64,000 bases of DNA from Eledone cirrhosa (lineage: Eukaryota): positions 88,598,001 to 88,662,000 of the forward strand of contig OZ024743.1 in NCBI GenBank assembly GCA_964016885.1, in the 5' to 3' direction. The stretch's first letter is position 1. Each line of letters begins with the position of its first letter. Positions 53,201-64,000 of the stretch are shown piece by piece. Under the pieces are notes generated by a model. It ran no database searches. It worked only from the letters and a program-made list of their open reading frames with translations, and was not told the origin of the DNA. The position numbers and the translations under genes were made by a program.

Positions 53201-56200
53201 AAAAAGGAAAAAAAAGTTAGTTATATTATTAAATTTCTCCAAATTTCTGATTATTTAAAAAAATCTGAAAATTATAGGCATTACATTATCTTTCATTAGA
53301 AATATTGTAATGAAAGGGTTAAACTATTACTTTGTCAATATAATTATATACTTCAACCAGAGCTGGCTCTGCCATAACGGTTAAGTTGTCAACTGTCTAG
53401 TGTGCAGATCTCAGAGAGGTGTACTCTGAAGCTTAAAGGATCCAGTTTTATATAGCTGTCATCCTTCATATACATCACATACCACACCAGCTTGTCTTGC
53501 TCACTACATCTGATTCCTCTTATACAGAGTTTTTCTCTCTGCCAATTGGTGCTCTATCATTCATGTAAAGTGGAGGTGCGCGGCTTAGTGGTAAGACTGT
53601 TGGACTTACGATCATAATGTCGTGGGTTTGATTGCTGGGCTGAGTTACGTGTTGTGGTCTTGAGCAAAACACTTCATTTTACATTTCTCCAGTATACTCA
53701 GCTGAAAATGAGTACCACCAATAGCTGGGAGTCTTGTTCTCTCAGTCACTTCACACGCCAAAACCAGGAAGAGTACTAGCCTGATGGGCCTCCTGGCTTG
53801 AGACAGACTTTAGAGAGAGAGAGAGACATCCACTGAAACATGCTTGCCTCATTTCTTTCTAGCCATCACAAATCTTTTGCACTCTCTAAAACAATTTTTG
53901 TTTTATTTAATATCGTATTAAAATTAGGGTGGCAGCGATTGTTTATAAAATATAGGTATGGGTTCCATGACAAAAATAAATTTGGAAAGCTCTCAGGCCC
54001 ATCACTAAAGAGATCCACTGGATGGCACTGGGTGACTCTGCTTCCCTCTCACCTTCAGATTTAGAGAAATTTACTGTGATATGCTTATTTCAAAATTTCG
54101 TCTTAGAATTATTGTGAATTATAATGCCCACCCAGAATGTTCTGGAGCTACACCCTCCTTGCCAAAGTAGAGTGCTGGGAGTCACTGGGGGCACTAAAAC
54201 CCCCCACCCCCACTTTAAATTGGTACACCCTCAAATTTAGAAAAATTTACTTTGATAGGCTTATTCCGATACTCTGCTTTAAAATTATTGCAAACAACAG
54301 AGTACCCACCCAGAATGTTCTGAAGGCTCCCACCCCACCTCCATCTCCACCACCACCTGACTCACCATCAGCATAATGCATCAATGTTTGGTGATGGGCC
54401 AGAGTTGCACTGCTTGCTCTAAATATTAGTTTCTGATCAGTTTCTGTTTATATGTTTGGTCTTGCAGTTATATTGGAAAGGAAGATGTTATGTTACGTTA
54501 CCTGGCCTACAAGGGTCCACTGGTTGCTGCTGTTGATGCCTCAACATGGTCCAACTATCAGAATGGAATCATCAGATACCACTGTGAAAATAGCAACAAC
54601 CATGCTGTACAGATTGTAGGATATAACATGAAAGGTGACTATATATATCTGTTATATATAAAGAGAATGACACAGGATTGTGATCTTTGGTGTTGTTGTG
54701 CACAGATTGAAACATACATCTAGTATGCACCTCTTAACCACTAATGTAGAGTATTTCTAGTAATGTACCTTTTTTATCATGTATTAAGAAAATTAATTGT
54801 CACAGGAATGCTACCACTTAAAATAAAATTTTGCTAGAGATAGATTAGCAAAATTTAATAAGTGTGGGGGAGGGGGTGTTTGGAGAAAACCTGAAAAATT
54901 AATAAACGGTGGGGAAGAGGGGGATTATTCGAGACCCGAGAGTATGAATACAATACACTTCATACCTAATGTAAACTATGAAAGTACAAGAGATAGAGTT
55001 GGATAACATCTAAGCTGACAGAAAGGGACTTGATGCAGATGCATAGGAGCATTTAACAGTAAGAGGACCTGTGAAATGCTGAGAAGGCTCACTAGAAGTA
55101 GTTCATAACTTTTGTTACCTAAGGGACATAATTAACAATGGAGGAGGGTGTTATGAAAGCATAGTAAGTAAACAAAGCAAGGATGGAGTGGAAATACATT
55201 CAGGGTGCTTTTACTTCTGTCAGTTTCAAAGAAATTGTCTTTAGTCAAATCTTCTTTGCCCACTTATTCCTGAGAGGGTTGTTGGGGCTGAGTCCTTAAA
55301 CACTCCTTCCAGCAGGTCCGGTCAGAAGCAACCATCTCCATCTGATCCAGCTGGATCCCCAAGCGAGGCCAGCCAACCTTATCATCATCATCGTCATCAT
55401 TATCATCATCGTTTAACGTCTATCTTCCACGCTAGCATGGGTTTAGACAGGAATTGTCTCACTTGAAGCAAGATTGGTTGTCTTGCTCATATAGGACTGT
55501 CTGGCAGGTTTTCTATGGCTGGATGCCCTTCCTAACACTCATGGATGTTATCTAACCATCTTGCTCGAGGTGGGTCTACCTCTGAGTATCCTGCCAGTTG
55601 GTTTTGCTTGTAAAATCTGTCCAGCAATTTTTTTCTAAGACATTCTACCCACATGCCCATAATATCAGAGCTGTGATCTCTCAATTCGGAGAAGTAGTGG
55701 CTTTACCTGGAATGACTCTCTCATTTCTGAGCTACGCACTCTATTAAGTAACGTTATTCCAAAGACCCTTCAGAGGAACCTCATTTCGGTCGCTTGTATT
55801 TGCGATCGTATTCTTTTGGTCATTACCTAAGATTCCTGACCATTTAATTGAATAAAAAAAAAAAAACTTAAATCCTTCGAGTAATCTCCCTTGCAGCATA
55901 AACCATAAGACTTACTCTTACTACATTTACAGCCTCTCACTCCCCCTCACTCCACTCCTTTCTTCATTCATACCTTCCTCTTTCCCCATTCATCCTACCA
56001 CTCAATATACTCTCATTTCTTAAAGGAGGCTATTTATATCCAATCAAATCACACATAACTTTTTAAAGGAGACTATAACCAATTAAATCACACATCATTT
56101 CCTAAAGGATACTACTCCCAGCCAATCAAATCACACATCATTTCCTAAAGGATACTACTCCCAGCCAATCAAATCACACATCATTTCCTAAAGGATACTA

Positions 56201-59200
56201 CTCCCAGCCAATCAAATCACACATCATTTCCTAAAGGATACTACTCCCAGCCAATCAAATCACACATCATTTCCTAAAGGATACTACTCCCAGCCAATCA
56301 AATCACACATCATTTCCTAAAGGATACTACTCCCAGCCAATCAAATCACACATCACTTCCTAAAGGATACTACTCCCAGCCAATCAAATCACACATCACT
56401 TCTTAAAGGATACTACTCCCAGCCAATCAAATCACACATCACTTCTTAAAGGAGCTTATTCTTGTTTTCTATATATTAGATTAGATTGGTTATAAGCGAC
56501 CTTACAGTAAGGGCGAGACAAACTCGCTTTTGTGGTCTTGTCCTCAGGGCGCAGCTCCAACACTGCCGCACCCTAGGCCCAGAGCCCATCACTCTCTCCC
56601 TTCAACCTCCCATTCTTCTGTGACCCGAAAACCCTTGCTTTTCCCATTCTTTTCCATTTTTCTATATTTGTAGTGTTCTTCTAATTATTCTATAGTAATT
56701 CCTGTAGTTACTCATTTATTAAATTGTGTATATTTCTATAAACAAGATATAACTTGTTTAAAAGCCAATCTAAAGAAGAAAGACATGGAAACTGAAAGAA
56801 CCTTCAACTGGCAACAGGTTCAGAGAAATCCTACTCGATGCCTATGACAGTAGGGAAGAGGAGATGGAGACCTACAACATAGAAGAAAATTGGAAATTTC
56901 TACTAGACACACTGCTGAAAGCTGTGGACCAGGTCTGTGGCTGGTGCAAGGTCCCGGGAAGACAGAAAGTGACATGGTGATGGAATGATAGGGTATATAG
57001 AACCAGAAAAGGAAAGAGACAGATCTAAGAAGCCTGGCAAAAATACAGGAGTAATGGTGGTGATAATGATGGACAGAGAGCAATACCAAATAGAAGAGAG
57101 GCTAGGTGCCTGGTATACTTAGCAATGGTAAAAACAGAAGTAAAGAAGTTTGCACATGTTTTATGCCTTTGGAGTAAGGTTTCTCAATAAAGTGTGTAGC
57201 TCGGAGATCAGAGAATCACTCCAGGTAGAGCAACTACTTCTCTGAATTGAGAGATCATAGACCCGATACAATAGACATGTGGTTAGAATGTCTAGGAAAG
57301 AATCATTGGACATATTTTATGGGCAAATCAACTGGCAGGAGACCTAGGGGTAGACCCCGAGCAAGATGGTTGAATAACATCCATGAGCTTGGCTAGTCTT
57401 GCTTGGGGATCCAGCCAGATCAGAAGGAGTGTTTGAGGACTCTTCCCCCATAACCTTCTCAGGGTGAAGAAGAAGAAGGTTGGGGAAAAGTTTGTATGTG
57501 TGTGTGTGCACATGCATGTATGTGTGTGTTGATCATAAAATTGAATGTAAAAGTATTAGACATTTTAGAAAAACCTGCTAACCCATGCTGGTGTGGAAAA
57601 TGGACATTAAACGATGATGATGATGGTGATGATTCTTATTGATATGATCTTTGTATCATGTATTTCTTATTTGTAATTACAGGTGCAGTACCATATTATA
57701 TAGTAAGGAACTCTTGGGGTGCTGACTTTGGTATCAAGGGTTACCTTCACATTGCCATTGGAAACAATCTATGTGGTAAGAATTTGGATTTTCAGGATTG
57801 TCATATTCTTCAGGGAGTCTGATGTGTTTCTTTTATAAGGGGAAAGCAAAAAGGCCAGACGACATGACATTTTTCCTATTCTGCAGGGGTAGATCCCTCA
57901 TCTGGGATTCCACATACTGCTCATAGTCGACGACAGAGGAGGCCTACCTTGAGGAGAAGAATATGGAAGTTGAAGGACCCCATAGCCAGTGACAAATTTA
58001 AAAGCTTATTACTTGATGCCTTTGACAATAAGGAAGCGCAATTAGAGACGTGCGATATAGAGGAACAGTGGCAATTCTTGAAAGTGAACCTGCTGAAAGC
58101 AACGGATGAAATCTCTGGCTGGAGCAGACTTATTGGCTGGAGGAGAGTAACTTGGTGGTGGGACAGTAAGGTGGAAAGCAGGCTTGGAAAGTATGGCAGG
58201 ATGGGGGAAGTAGAGAGCACTATCAAGTGGCCAGGAGAGAAGCTAGGAGATAAGTGTACCTTGCAAAAAGGGTAGCAGAGGATAGAAAGTTCAAGCATGT
58301 TCTGCAACGTGAGGACCAAAAACGTGAGGTGTTCAGGATTGCTAGACAATGTGTCAAGGAAAACCGTGATATTGTCAGGGAGAAGTGTGTCCGTAATGAT
58401 AATGGTGTATTTGCGCTCACTGATACTGATAAGAAGATAGCCTGGAAGTGTCACTATGAGAGACTATTAAATGAGGAGAAAAAAATGGGAAAAAGATAGT
58501 CTGCCCCAACTCGATCCAATAGAAGGACCAGCGGTACAAGTTAAAGGTAGTATAATAAGTAAGGCAATCAAAGATATGAAGACAGGCAAGGCAGCTGGGC
58601 CTTCGGAGATAGTTGCTGAGATGTTGAAGGCATCTGGTATGGTAGGACACACTATGGTCACCCGGATAGTAAACCAAGTCATACAGAATGGGGTCGTTCC
58701 GAAGGACTGGCGTAGCAGCATCATCATTAACTGCTACAAGGGTAAAGGAGATGCCCTAGATAGGGGTAACTATAGAGGCATTAAATTATTCGACCAGGTC
58801 ATGAAGGTCACAGAAAAAGTAATAGCGCAACTAATCAGAGAGCGAATTGATCTAGATGAAATGCAGTTCGGGTTTGTGTCAGGCAAAAGTACCACAGACG
58901 CTCTTTTCATTGTACGACAACTACAGGAGAAGTACCTAGCTAAAAGTAAACCCCTATACTTAGCTTTTGTTGACTTGGAGAAAGCCTTTGACAGAGTGCC
59001 CCGTTCCTTATCTGGTGGGCTCTTAGAAAACTAGGTGTTGATGAATGGCTTGTGAGAGTTATACAAGCCATGTATAAAGAAACAGTCAGCAAGGTTAGAA
59101 TTAACAGCGAATATAGTGAAGAGTTTAGCGTAAAAGTTGGTGTTCATCAGGGCTCCGTTCTTAGCCTCCTACTATTTATTATTGCCCTTCAGGCTATAAC

Positions 59201-61141
59201 AGAGCAGTTCAAGACCGGCTGCCCATGGGAACTCCTATACGCAGATGATCTAACGCTCATAGCTGAATCAATGGCTGAACTAGAGAAGAAATTTGAAACA
59301 TGGAAGCATGGCCGAGAATAAAAAGGCCTTAAAGTTAACTTGTCTAAGACTAAAGTTCTAGTTTGTAGAAAAGAAAATAGGGCACAGGTGCCCTCAGGGA
59401 AATGGCCATGCTCAGTGTGTAGGAAAGGAGTAGGTAGAAATTCCATTTTATGTCCCAAATGCAAAGTATGGGTACATAAAAGATGTAGTGGGATCACAGG
59501 TAAACTATCTAAGAACATAGACTTTATATGTGGCCAATGCTCAGGTGCAATAAGTAGCAAGTGTCCAAAGGATACTAGCTCCTTCCATTGCCCAGATGGT
59601 TCTATAGAAATAATAGGCACTTTACGTTACCTGGGTGATGAAATCAGCAGTGGTGGAGGGTGTTCTGAAAGTACAGTAGCCAGAGTCAGAACGGGATGGA
59701 AAAAGTTCAGGGAGCTTATACCGCTGTTGGCCACAAAAGGTTTCTCTCTAAAAATGAAAGGCAGATTGTATGATGCCTGTATATGAACAGCAATGCTACA
59801 TGGCAGTGAGACATGGGCATTGCGTGCAGAGGACCTGCGCAGACTGGAAAGGAACGAAGCATGCATACTCCGTTGGATGTGTAATAGTAATATACGTGAA
59901 CGGCAAAGTATAAATGAACTAAGTGAAAAATTAGGAATAAGAGGGATCAGATGCTGTTTACTTGAGAGAAGACTACGTTGGTATGGTCACGTGATGCGCA
60001 TGAAAGACGACAGCTGCATAAAAAGTGCAGAACGATCAAAATCGATGGTAGTTACAGAGTAGGTAGACCCAGAAAAACCTGGGATGATCTGATATATTCC
60101 GACCTTACACACTTACACCTCTCTAAGACAATGTCACTGGAACGAGATCTTTGGCGCTACGCAGTAATACAGAAGACCCGCCTTGCCTATGTGCAAAGTG
60201 AAACCTACAGTTAGTAAGCACCTCTTAACCAAATATACACCCCAATCCACTACCCCTACCCTATCCTCCCACTCCCACCAACAGCACGAGATATTGAGAT
60301 TGTGTAGGTGTCACGACCAAAAACACACACAGTCCACGCTGTAATGTGGCCGTGTAGGTAACATGGTAAAAAGTTCCCAGTTCCACACTGTAAATGTGGT
60401 TGGTGTTAGGAAGGGCATCCAGCCGTAGAAAACCTGCCAGATAGTCCTATATGAGCGAGACACGGTCACCCGACCAGCCTTGCCTCAAGTGGAACAACTC
60501 CCGTCTAACCCATGCTAGCGTGGAAGATGGACATTAAACGAAGATGATGATGATGTAACACCTATTAGCAACATGGTGCATTCGGCTACCAGCCCAGGCA
60601 CTGTTGCCCACCAAGCCAAAGAGGGCAAATTGTCCAAGTATTGGCCATTTTCGGATAGGTTTGTGGTAGAGCCAGTAGCAGTGGAGACTTCCGGTTTCTA
60701 GGCCTGTGACTTATAGAATACTATAGATATGACTTATACAATACTATAGGTCTGACTTATATGATACTATAGGTCTGTGGATTATACTATAGGTCTGTGA
60801 CATACAATACTATAGGTTTGTGACTTATTCAATACTATAGGTCTGTGACTTATTCAATACTATACACCTGTACTATACACCTTAAATGGTTTTGATGTGA
60901 TAACAATGTGATGTGGTGACACTATGTGATGAGAGTATGTGATGTGGTGATAATATATGATGTGGTGATAATATGTGATGAGAGTATGTGATATGATGAG
61001 AGTATGTGATATGGTGACAATATGTGATGTGATGACAACATATGATGACAATGTGTGATGTGATGATACTGACTATAAATTTCTTCTGTTTCCACAGGTT
61101 TGGCCCAAGAAGTGTCATCACTACAAATCAAAATTGTATAA
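30228..61141 (+). CDS. CTSO: Cathepsin O-like papain-family (C1A) cysteine protease, 345 aa; join of 30228-30413, 36743-36839, 39722-39842, 46785-46841, 49635-49791, 51847-51962, 54468-54634, 57683-57775, 61098-61141
   Basis: Nine GT-AG exons in consistent phase (1038 nt). Signal peptide, I29-like prodomain (RFLIFKQN, FGITKFSDL), catalytic Cys (QGSCGACW), His (NNHAVQIVGY) and Asn (RNSWG). SVQEVIDC..GC.GGD.C..L.WL is cathepsin O-like. Confidence 0.9.
32270..32570 (+). mobile_element. 3' fragment of the RLE-type LINE family
   Basis: KLLKYRSLSDRFAVVPLAVETSGVLGP...LFQRVSLVVLRGNA is the same endonuclease tail as 19690-19870. Another relic lies near 60570-60695. Confidence 0.75.
33323..33700 (+). 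mobile_element. CORE-type SINE with RTE-like tail
   Basis: GGAGGCACATGGCTTAATGG A-box, B-box, CORE-like body and (TGA)n end. Confidence 0.88.
34250..34880. repeat. Compound minisatellite (24-29-bp gtcacac.. units)
   Basis: Repeats of gtcacaccacaaagtactatatggcagt interleaved with gtcacactactctattattgccat. Confidence 0.9.
35331..35671 (+). mobile_element. CORE-type SINE with RTE-like tail
   Basis: Full-length copy, TGGCTTAGTGG...GAGTTCAATTC...(GAT)n. Confidence 0.88.
36743..36839 (+). CDS. CTSO: CTSO-like exon 2
   Basis: QNVKEVSTMTVYSDGAKFGITKFSDLTDKEFS, with tttctag acceptor and GTGAGT donor. Confidence 0.88.
37200..39574 (+). mobile_element. hAT (Buster/Charlie-like) DNA transposon, defective, with internal minisatellite
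   Basis: TIRs CAAAGGTTCTCAAC / GTTGAGAACCTGTG and a perfect 8-bp TSD GTTTATTC (37192-37199, 39575-39582). Transposase relics include HCVIH and LPFPSSYLV..F..V (hAT dimerisation region). Confidence 0.9.
37680..37990. repeat. ~40-bp minisatellite inside the hAT element
   Basis: About 8 copies of acatctaggaccacatacaacacataatcaggtaatac. Confidence 0.9.
39722..39842 (+). CDS. CTSO: CTSO-like exon 3
   Basis: KYLSGFKGKRPILKLNKQATHVNTSLKDLRKLKIPPFVDW, with AG/GT borders. Confidence 0.88.
40207..40249 (-). ncRNA. Candidate minimal type I hammerhead ribozyme
   Basis: Minus strand: GUCA CUGAAGA G GUCACA UAAUG UGUGAC GAAA G AA CUU UGAC, giving stem I, the conserved core, a 6-bp stem II and a minimal stem III. 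Confidence 0.55.
40388..40712 (-). mobile_element. Severely 5'-truncated RTE (3' UTR only)
   Basis: Matches 44038-44345, including gcatattg.ctatatgcttcagctt just downstream of the RTE stop. Confidence 0.8.
41700..42033 (+). mobile_element. CORE-type SINE with RTE-like tail
   Basis: Full-length copy flanked by (TA)n. Confidence 0.88.
42054..43344 (-). mobile_element. Tc1/mariner-superfamily transposon (probably DD37D/maT-like), defective
   Basis: TA-flanked CAGGGT... termini, and motifs WFFSDEKNF, QQDSAPCH and WPPSS.DCNPLDFFVW on the minus strand with stops and frameshifts. Confidence 0.82.
43438..43825 (+). mobile_element. CORE-type SINE with RTE-like tail
   Basis: A/B boxes, CORE-like body, and a tail nearly identical to the RTE 3' UTR at 44040-44300 (inverted). 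Confidence 0.88.
44038..45893 (-). mobile_element. 5'-truncated RTE LINE (RT, PHD finger, 3' UTR)
   Basis: ORFs 45628-45894 and 44339-45490 with HQGSVLSP, YADD and the PHD motif, a (GAT)n tail, and tagtat on both flanks. Confidence 0.93.
46785..46841 (+). CDS. CTSO: CTSO-like exon 4 (catalytic Cys)
   Basis: RQSDAVTNVKNQGSCGACW, with AG/GT borders. Confidence 0.93.
46880..47450. repeat. (CAC/CAA)n trinucleotide tract
   Basis: Direct reading. Confidence 0.95.
47880..48720. repeat. AT-rich minisatellite with orientation switches
   Basis: tatataacatacaatatatac units at 47990-48550, flanked by reverse-complement units at 47890-47965 and 48555-48700. Confidence 0.85.
48819..48913 (+). ncRNA. Candidate degenerate type I hammerhead ribozyme at the tip of a long hairpin
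   Basis: ACUGUC CUGAUGA UGG CCUAAA CCA GAAA UGUG UU UGCAGU, with an outer perfect 11-bp stem ATTCCAGCAGA/TCTGCTGGAAT. Confidence 0.5.
49000..49600. repeat. AT-rich ~23-bp minisatellite
   Basis: Repeats of tatatctaatgactatatattg. Confidence 0.9.
49635..49791 (+). CDS. CTSO: CTSO-like exon 5
   Basis: AFSCVETMESMYAIMKNITAPDISVQEVIDCSSESMGCRGGDTCSTLNWLHE. Confidence 0.93.
50930..51390. repeat. 48-bp minisatellite (about 9.5 copies) derived from the RTE/SINE tail repeat
   Basis: Unit cctacatgaccactttacagtgtggagtgggcgctttttgttgtgaca, contiguous with a minus-strand RTE/SINE tail at 50735-50930. Confidence 0.92.
51510..51825. repeat. (GAT)n trinucleotide tract
   Basis: Direct reading. Confidence 0.95.
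51847..51962 (+). CDS. CTSO: CTSO-like exon 6
   Basis: KRKTVVYESHYPLTDVDEPCRPIPAHAKGVQVINSTCD, with AG/GT borders. Confidence 0.88.
52484..53318. mobile_element. Nested TTAA-flanked piggyBac-type MITEs (inner 52885-53105)
   Basis: Inner element has perfect TIR CCCTTTAGCATTTA with TTAA on both sides. Outer ends are TTAA-CCCTTTTGATAACA and TGTAATGAAAGGG-TTAA. Confidence 0.7.
54468..54634 (+). CDS. CTSO: CTSO-like exon 7 (catalytic His)
   Basis: YIGKEDVMLRYLAYKGPLVAAVDASTWSNYQNGIIRYHCENSNNHAVQIVGYNMK. Confidence 0.94.
55265..57475. mobile_element. Inverted pair of 3' fragments of a second RTE-like family (about 55265-55830 minus, 57090-57475 plus)
   Basis: 57190-57460 is the reverse complement of 55270-55745 once a SINE-tail insertion at 55380-55540 is removed. 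It encodes a GRRPRGRPRARW-type C-terminus. Confidence 0.7.
56080..56455. repeat. 43-bp minisatellite (about 8-9 copies)
   Basis: Unit ccaatcaaatcacacatcatttcctaaaggatactactcccag. Confidence 0.93.
57683..57775 (+). CDS. CTSO: CTSO-like exon 8 (catalytic Asn)
   Basis: AVPYYIVRNSWGADFGIKGYLHIAIGNNLC, with AG/GT borders. Confidence 0.94.
57920..60555 (+). mobile_element. 5'-truncated RTE LINE, frameshifted
   Basis: Collinear with 9940-12590 (RT, PHD finger, 3' UTR, (GAT)n), with several stops and frameshifts. Confidence 0.93.
60700..61070. repeat. Two adjacent minisatellites (tactataggtctgtgacttat-type, then tgtgatgtggtgataata-type)
   Basis: Direct reading. Confidence 0.85.
61098..61141 (+). 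CDS. CTSO: CTSO-like exon 9 (stop)
   Basis: tttccacag acceptor; GLAQEVSSLQIKIV*. Confidence 0.88.
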
Positions 61142-62039
61142 ACCACCGACAGATTATCCTTCCCTGCCAAAACATTTCTGTTGCTTTCTTTTAACTAATA
61201 TTTGGTTCACGTAAAATATATATTTTTATATTATAATGAAGATTATACACTTAAAAATAATGTTGACAATAATAATAATAATAGTTTCTGATTTAGACAC
61301 AAGGCCAACAATTTTGGGGGAGGGGAAAATCGATTAAATCAACCCCAGTGTGTTACTGGTATTTTCTTTTATCGAATAATAATAATAATAATTGATGATA
61401 TTACTATAGTAATGAAATGTTTTAATATAAAATTTAAAAAATGAAAAAAATATGTATATAAAATTTTGTGTAGTTTTGGCAGAAAATTTGATAAAAAAAC
61501 TTTTTTACAACAACATATCATTGCAAACAAGACTAAGAACAACAATATTATAGCAATAAATATATTAAAACAACAACAAACAGACTTTGGTATTAACTCT
61601 TGATAAACTGCACCACATGAAACCATGTTAGCATAACATTCTTATGATATACAAAACAACACTATGACCACATCACATTAATATAATAATGAAATAATAA
61701 TGGAAATTATTGTGTACAGTGCTCAGGTGCACTACAACAAGAATTAATGTCTTTAACCCTTTAATGACTGTATTTCTCATGAAATATACTCTATTTCAAT
61801 TAATGAAGAATTTTGAAGGATTTACTAAAATTATTAATTATTTCATTATTAAGATAGTTATGTTGGAAGATTTTAATTTAAAATGCCTGTTTTGGCTGGA
61901 TTGGTAACTAAAGCGTTAATACTACAATTTTTCACAATATTCTGTTCAGTAGTAAGTTACTATAAACATTTAAATGAGGAAAACTATGTTTTTTTTTGTT
62001 TTGCTAAATCATTACAAGGAATTAAGAGTTAATGCTGCA

Positions 62040-62520
62040 AATTTTCACAGTGGTCAGTCCACCAGCAAAGATATAAATATTTCACAGTGGTCAGTCCACC
62101 AGCAAAGATATATTTCACAGTGGTCAGTCCACTAGTAACGATACTATAAATATTTCAGTGGTCAGTCCACTAATAAAGATATTATAAATATTTCACAGTG
62201 GTCAGTCAACTAGTAAAGATATAAATATTTCACAGTGGTCAGTCCACTAGTAAAGATATAAATATTTCACAGTGGTCAGTCAACTAGTAAAGATACTATA
62301 AATATTTCAGTGGTCAGTCGACTAGTAAAGATATTATAAATATTTCAGTGGTCAGTCCACTAATAAAGATAGTATAAATATTTCAGTGGTCAGTCCACCA
62401 GTAAAGATATAAATATTTCACAGTGGTCAGTCCACCAGTAAAGATATAAATATTTCACAGACCAGTAAAGACACTATATATTTCACAGTGGTCAGTCTAC
62501 CTGTAAAGATACTATAAATA
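62040..62520. repeat. ~37-bp minisatellite
   Basis: About 12 copies of atatttcacagtggtcagtccactagtaaagatataa. Confidence 0.92.
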
Positions 62521-62577
62521 TTTAAATTAACAAACCTTTTTTCTAGATACTAGAATTTTTTTCAACACGCTGACATG

Positions 62578-62614
<37 letters not shown>

Positions 62615-64000
62615 ATACATTTATATGTATGAGTATATAAATATAAACGCACAAACACAGACACTTACAAAAATACACACTCACATTCACACAAAAACAC
62701 ATACATTCACACATTCATTCATACAAACACACACACATACTCACACACAGCGTAACAAATGGAATGCCAGCTGCTGTTTTGCTATAGTTTTTTCACCCTT
62801 CCTTGTGTGATGGACAGAAGTCGCTCAAATTTATATATAAATTTTCTGCTAGACCATTGCAGAATATTAAGAATTAAACAAAGTTATGAAAGTTCTAGAT
62901 TCTTTATATAACGCTATATACAGATATTTTTATGACTAGTTTCAAATATCTATGCAGTAAAAAGGAAAACGGTCATTTAAAAAAAAAATTTCTTATTGAA
63001 TTTTTTAAGACAATCATATTTAATTTTATATAATTTAAATTTAACAAAAATTATCCAAAGAGCCAATTGTATTCAAGAAGCTTTAAGCAAATTTTGAATT
63101 TTTGATAGTATGTTGATGTAATTTGTTTCAACGTAGTTTTTTTGACTATGAAAAATAGTCAAATAATTTAGGTATACTGTCCATTTTCTTTTGTCACTAG
63201 AAGCTTATATGCCCAATTTTTTTTACTATTTCTTTATAGTAAAAAATCTTACGTTGAAGCAGCTTCAGGTCCCAAATAATAGCGGGGTTAGGGTGGGGTT
63301 TTGGACATTTGCTTAAATTCTTATAAGCGAGATGTGGGGTGTGTGTGGAATAGACGAGGCATTAGGAAATTGGTAACTGTATGTTCGTGAATATGGGATT
63401 TCTTGTAATCCCATTTCTTGTCAATTTTTTTGGTCATATATAATGTTTTTTTAATGTAAAATAAAATTATCATTAAATCCTCCAGCTGCTGTACCACTGA
63501 AGTACAATCAAATTTTGCCGGAGATAGATTAGAAAAAATTTAAAGAAAAAATCTAAACAGTCTTTCTCTGCTGAAACCAAAATCAAAAGTAAATAAAATA
63601 TACATTCCTAAACATTTGTTTATATTTTTTCTTTTCTTTTCTTGCATCAAACATATCCTATGATGTTGAGTGAGAAGATAGTAAGTCTCTATCCCAGAGA
63701 ACTGAGTTTCACTTCATTGGTTGATTGAGTTGGGGTTGGGGTAGGGGCAGGGAGTGCATTTTAGTTTTAACTGTGATTCAATATTTTACTTGCTGTCATT
63801 ATCGTCATCGTCATCCTCATCATCATTTTTATCATCACTATCATCATCACCATCATTATTGCCACATCATTGTCAACCAGCCCACCCTGTAAAATAGGTG
63901 GGTTGGTGATGACAAAAGTGCCCAGTCCACCCTGTAGTGTGGTCATGTTAGCAACACGACAGCCTTGTAAAGTGGTTGTGATAGATTCATGACAAAAGCA

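Overview
AT-rich, repeat-dense animal genomic DNA. The CORE-type and Nin-type SINEs, RTE LINEs and (TA)n/(GAT)n/(CAC)n tracts suggest an octopus or other coleoid cephalopod (inference). Two intact spliced genes sit head-to-head about 300 bp apart: 40S ribosomal protein S3 (minus, 5 coding exons, 241 aa, plus a 3'-UTR intron) and a cathepsin O-like papain-family protease (plus, 9 exons, 345 aa). The whole RPS3/promoter/CTSO unit appears tandemly duplicated. At the left edge are exon 1 of a second RPS3 (identical peptide, 7 synonymous differences in 11 codons) and a copy of the promoter. The matching CTSO exon 1 survives only as a frameshifted relic about 17 kb away, behind a pile of transposons. 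Mobile elements include a young full-length CsRn1-type Gypsy element with a predicted -1 frameshift pseudoknot, RTE LINEs with a PHD finger inside the RT region, and SINEs sharing the RTE 3' end. There is also a Merlin transposon fused to a 282-bp palindrome, RLE-type LINE relics, mariner, Tc1-like, hAT and piggyBac-type elements, and two candidate minimal hammerhead ribozymes in CTSO introns. All calls are by eye; no database searches were run.
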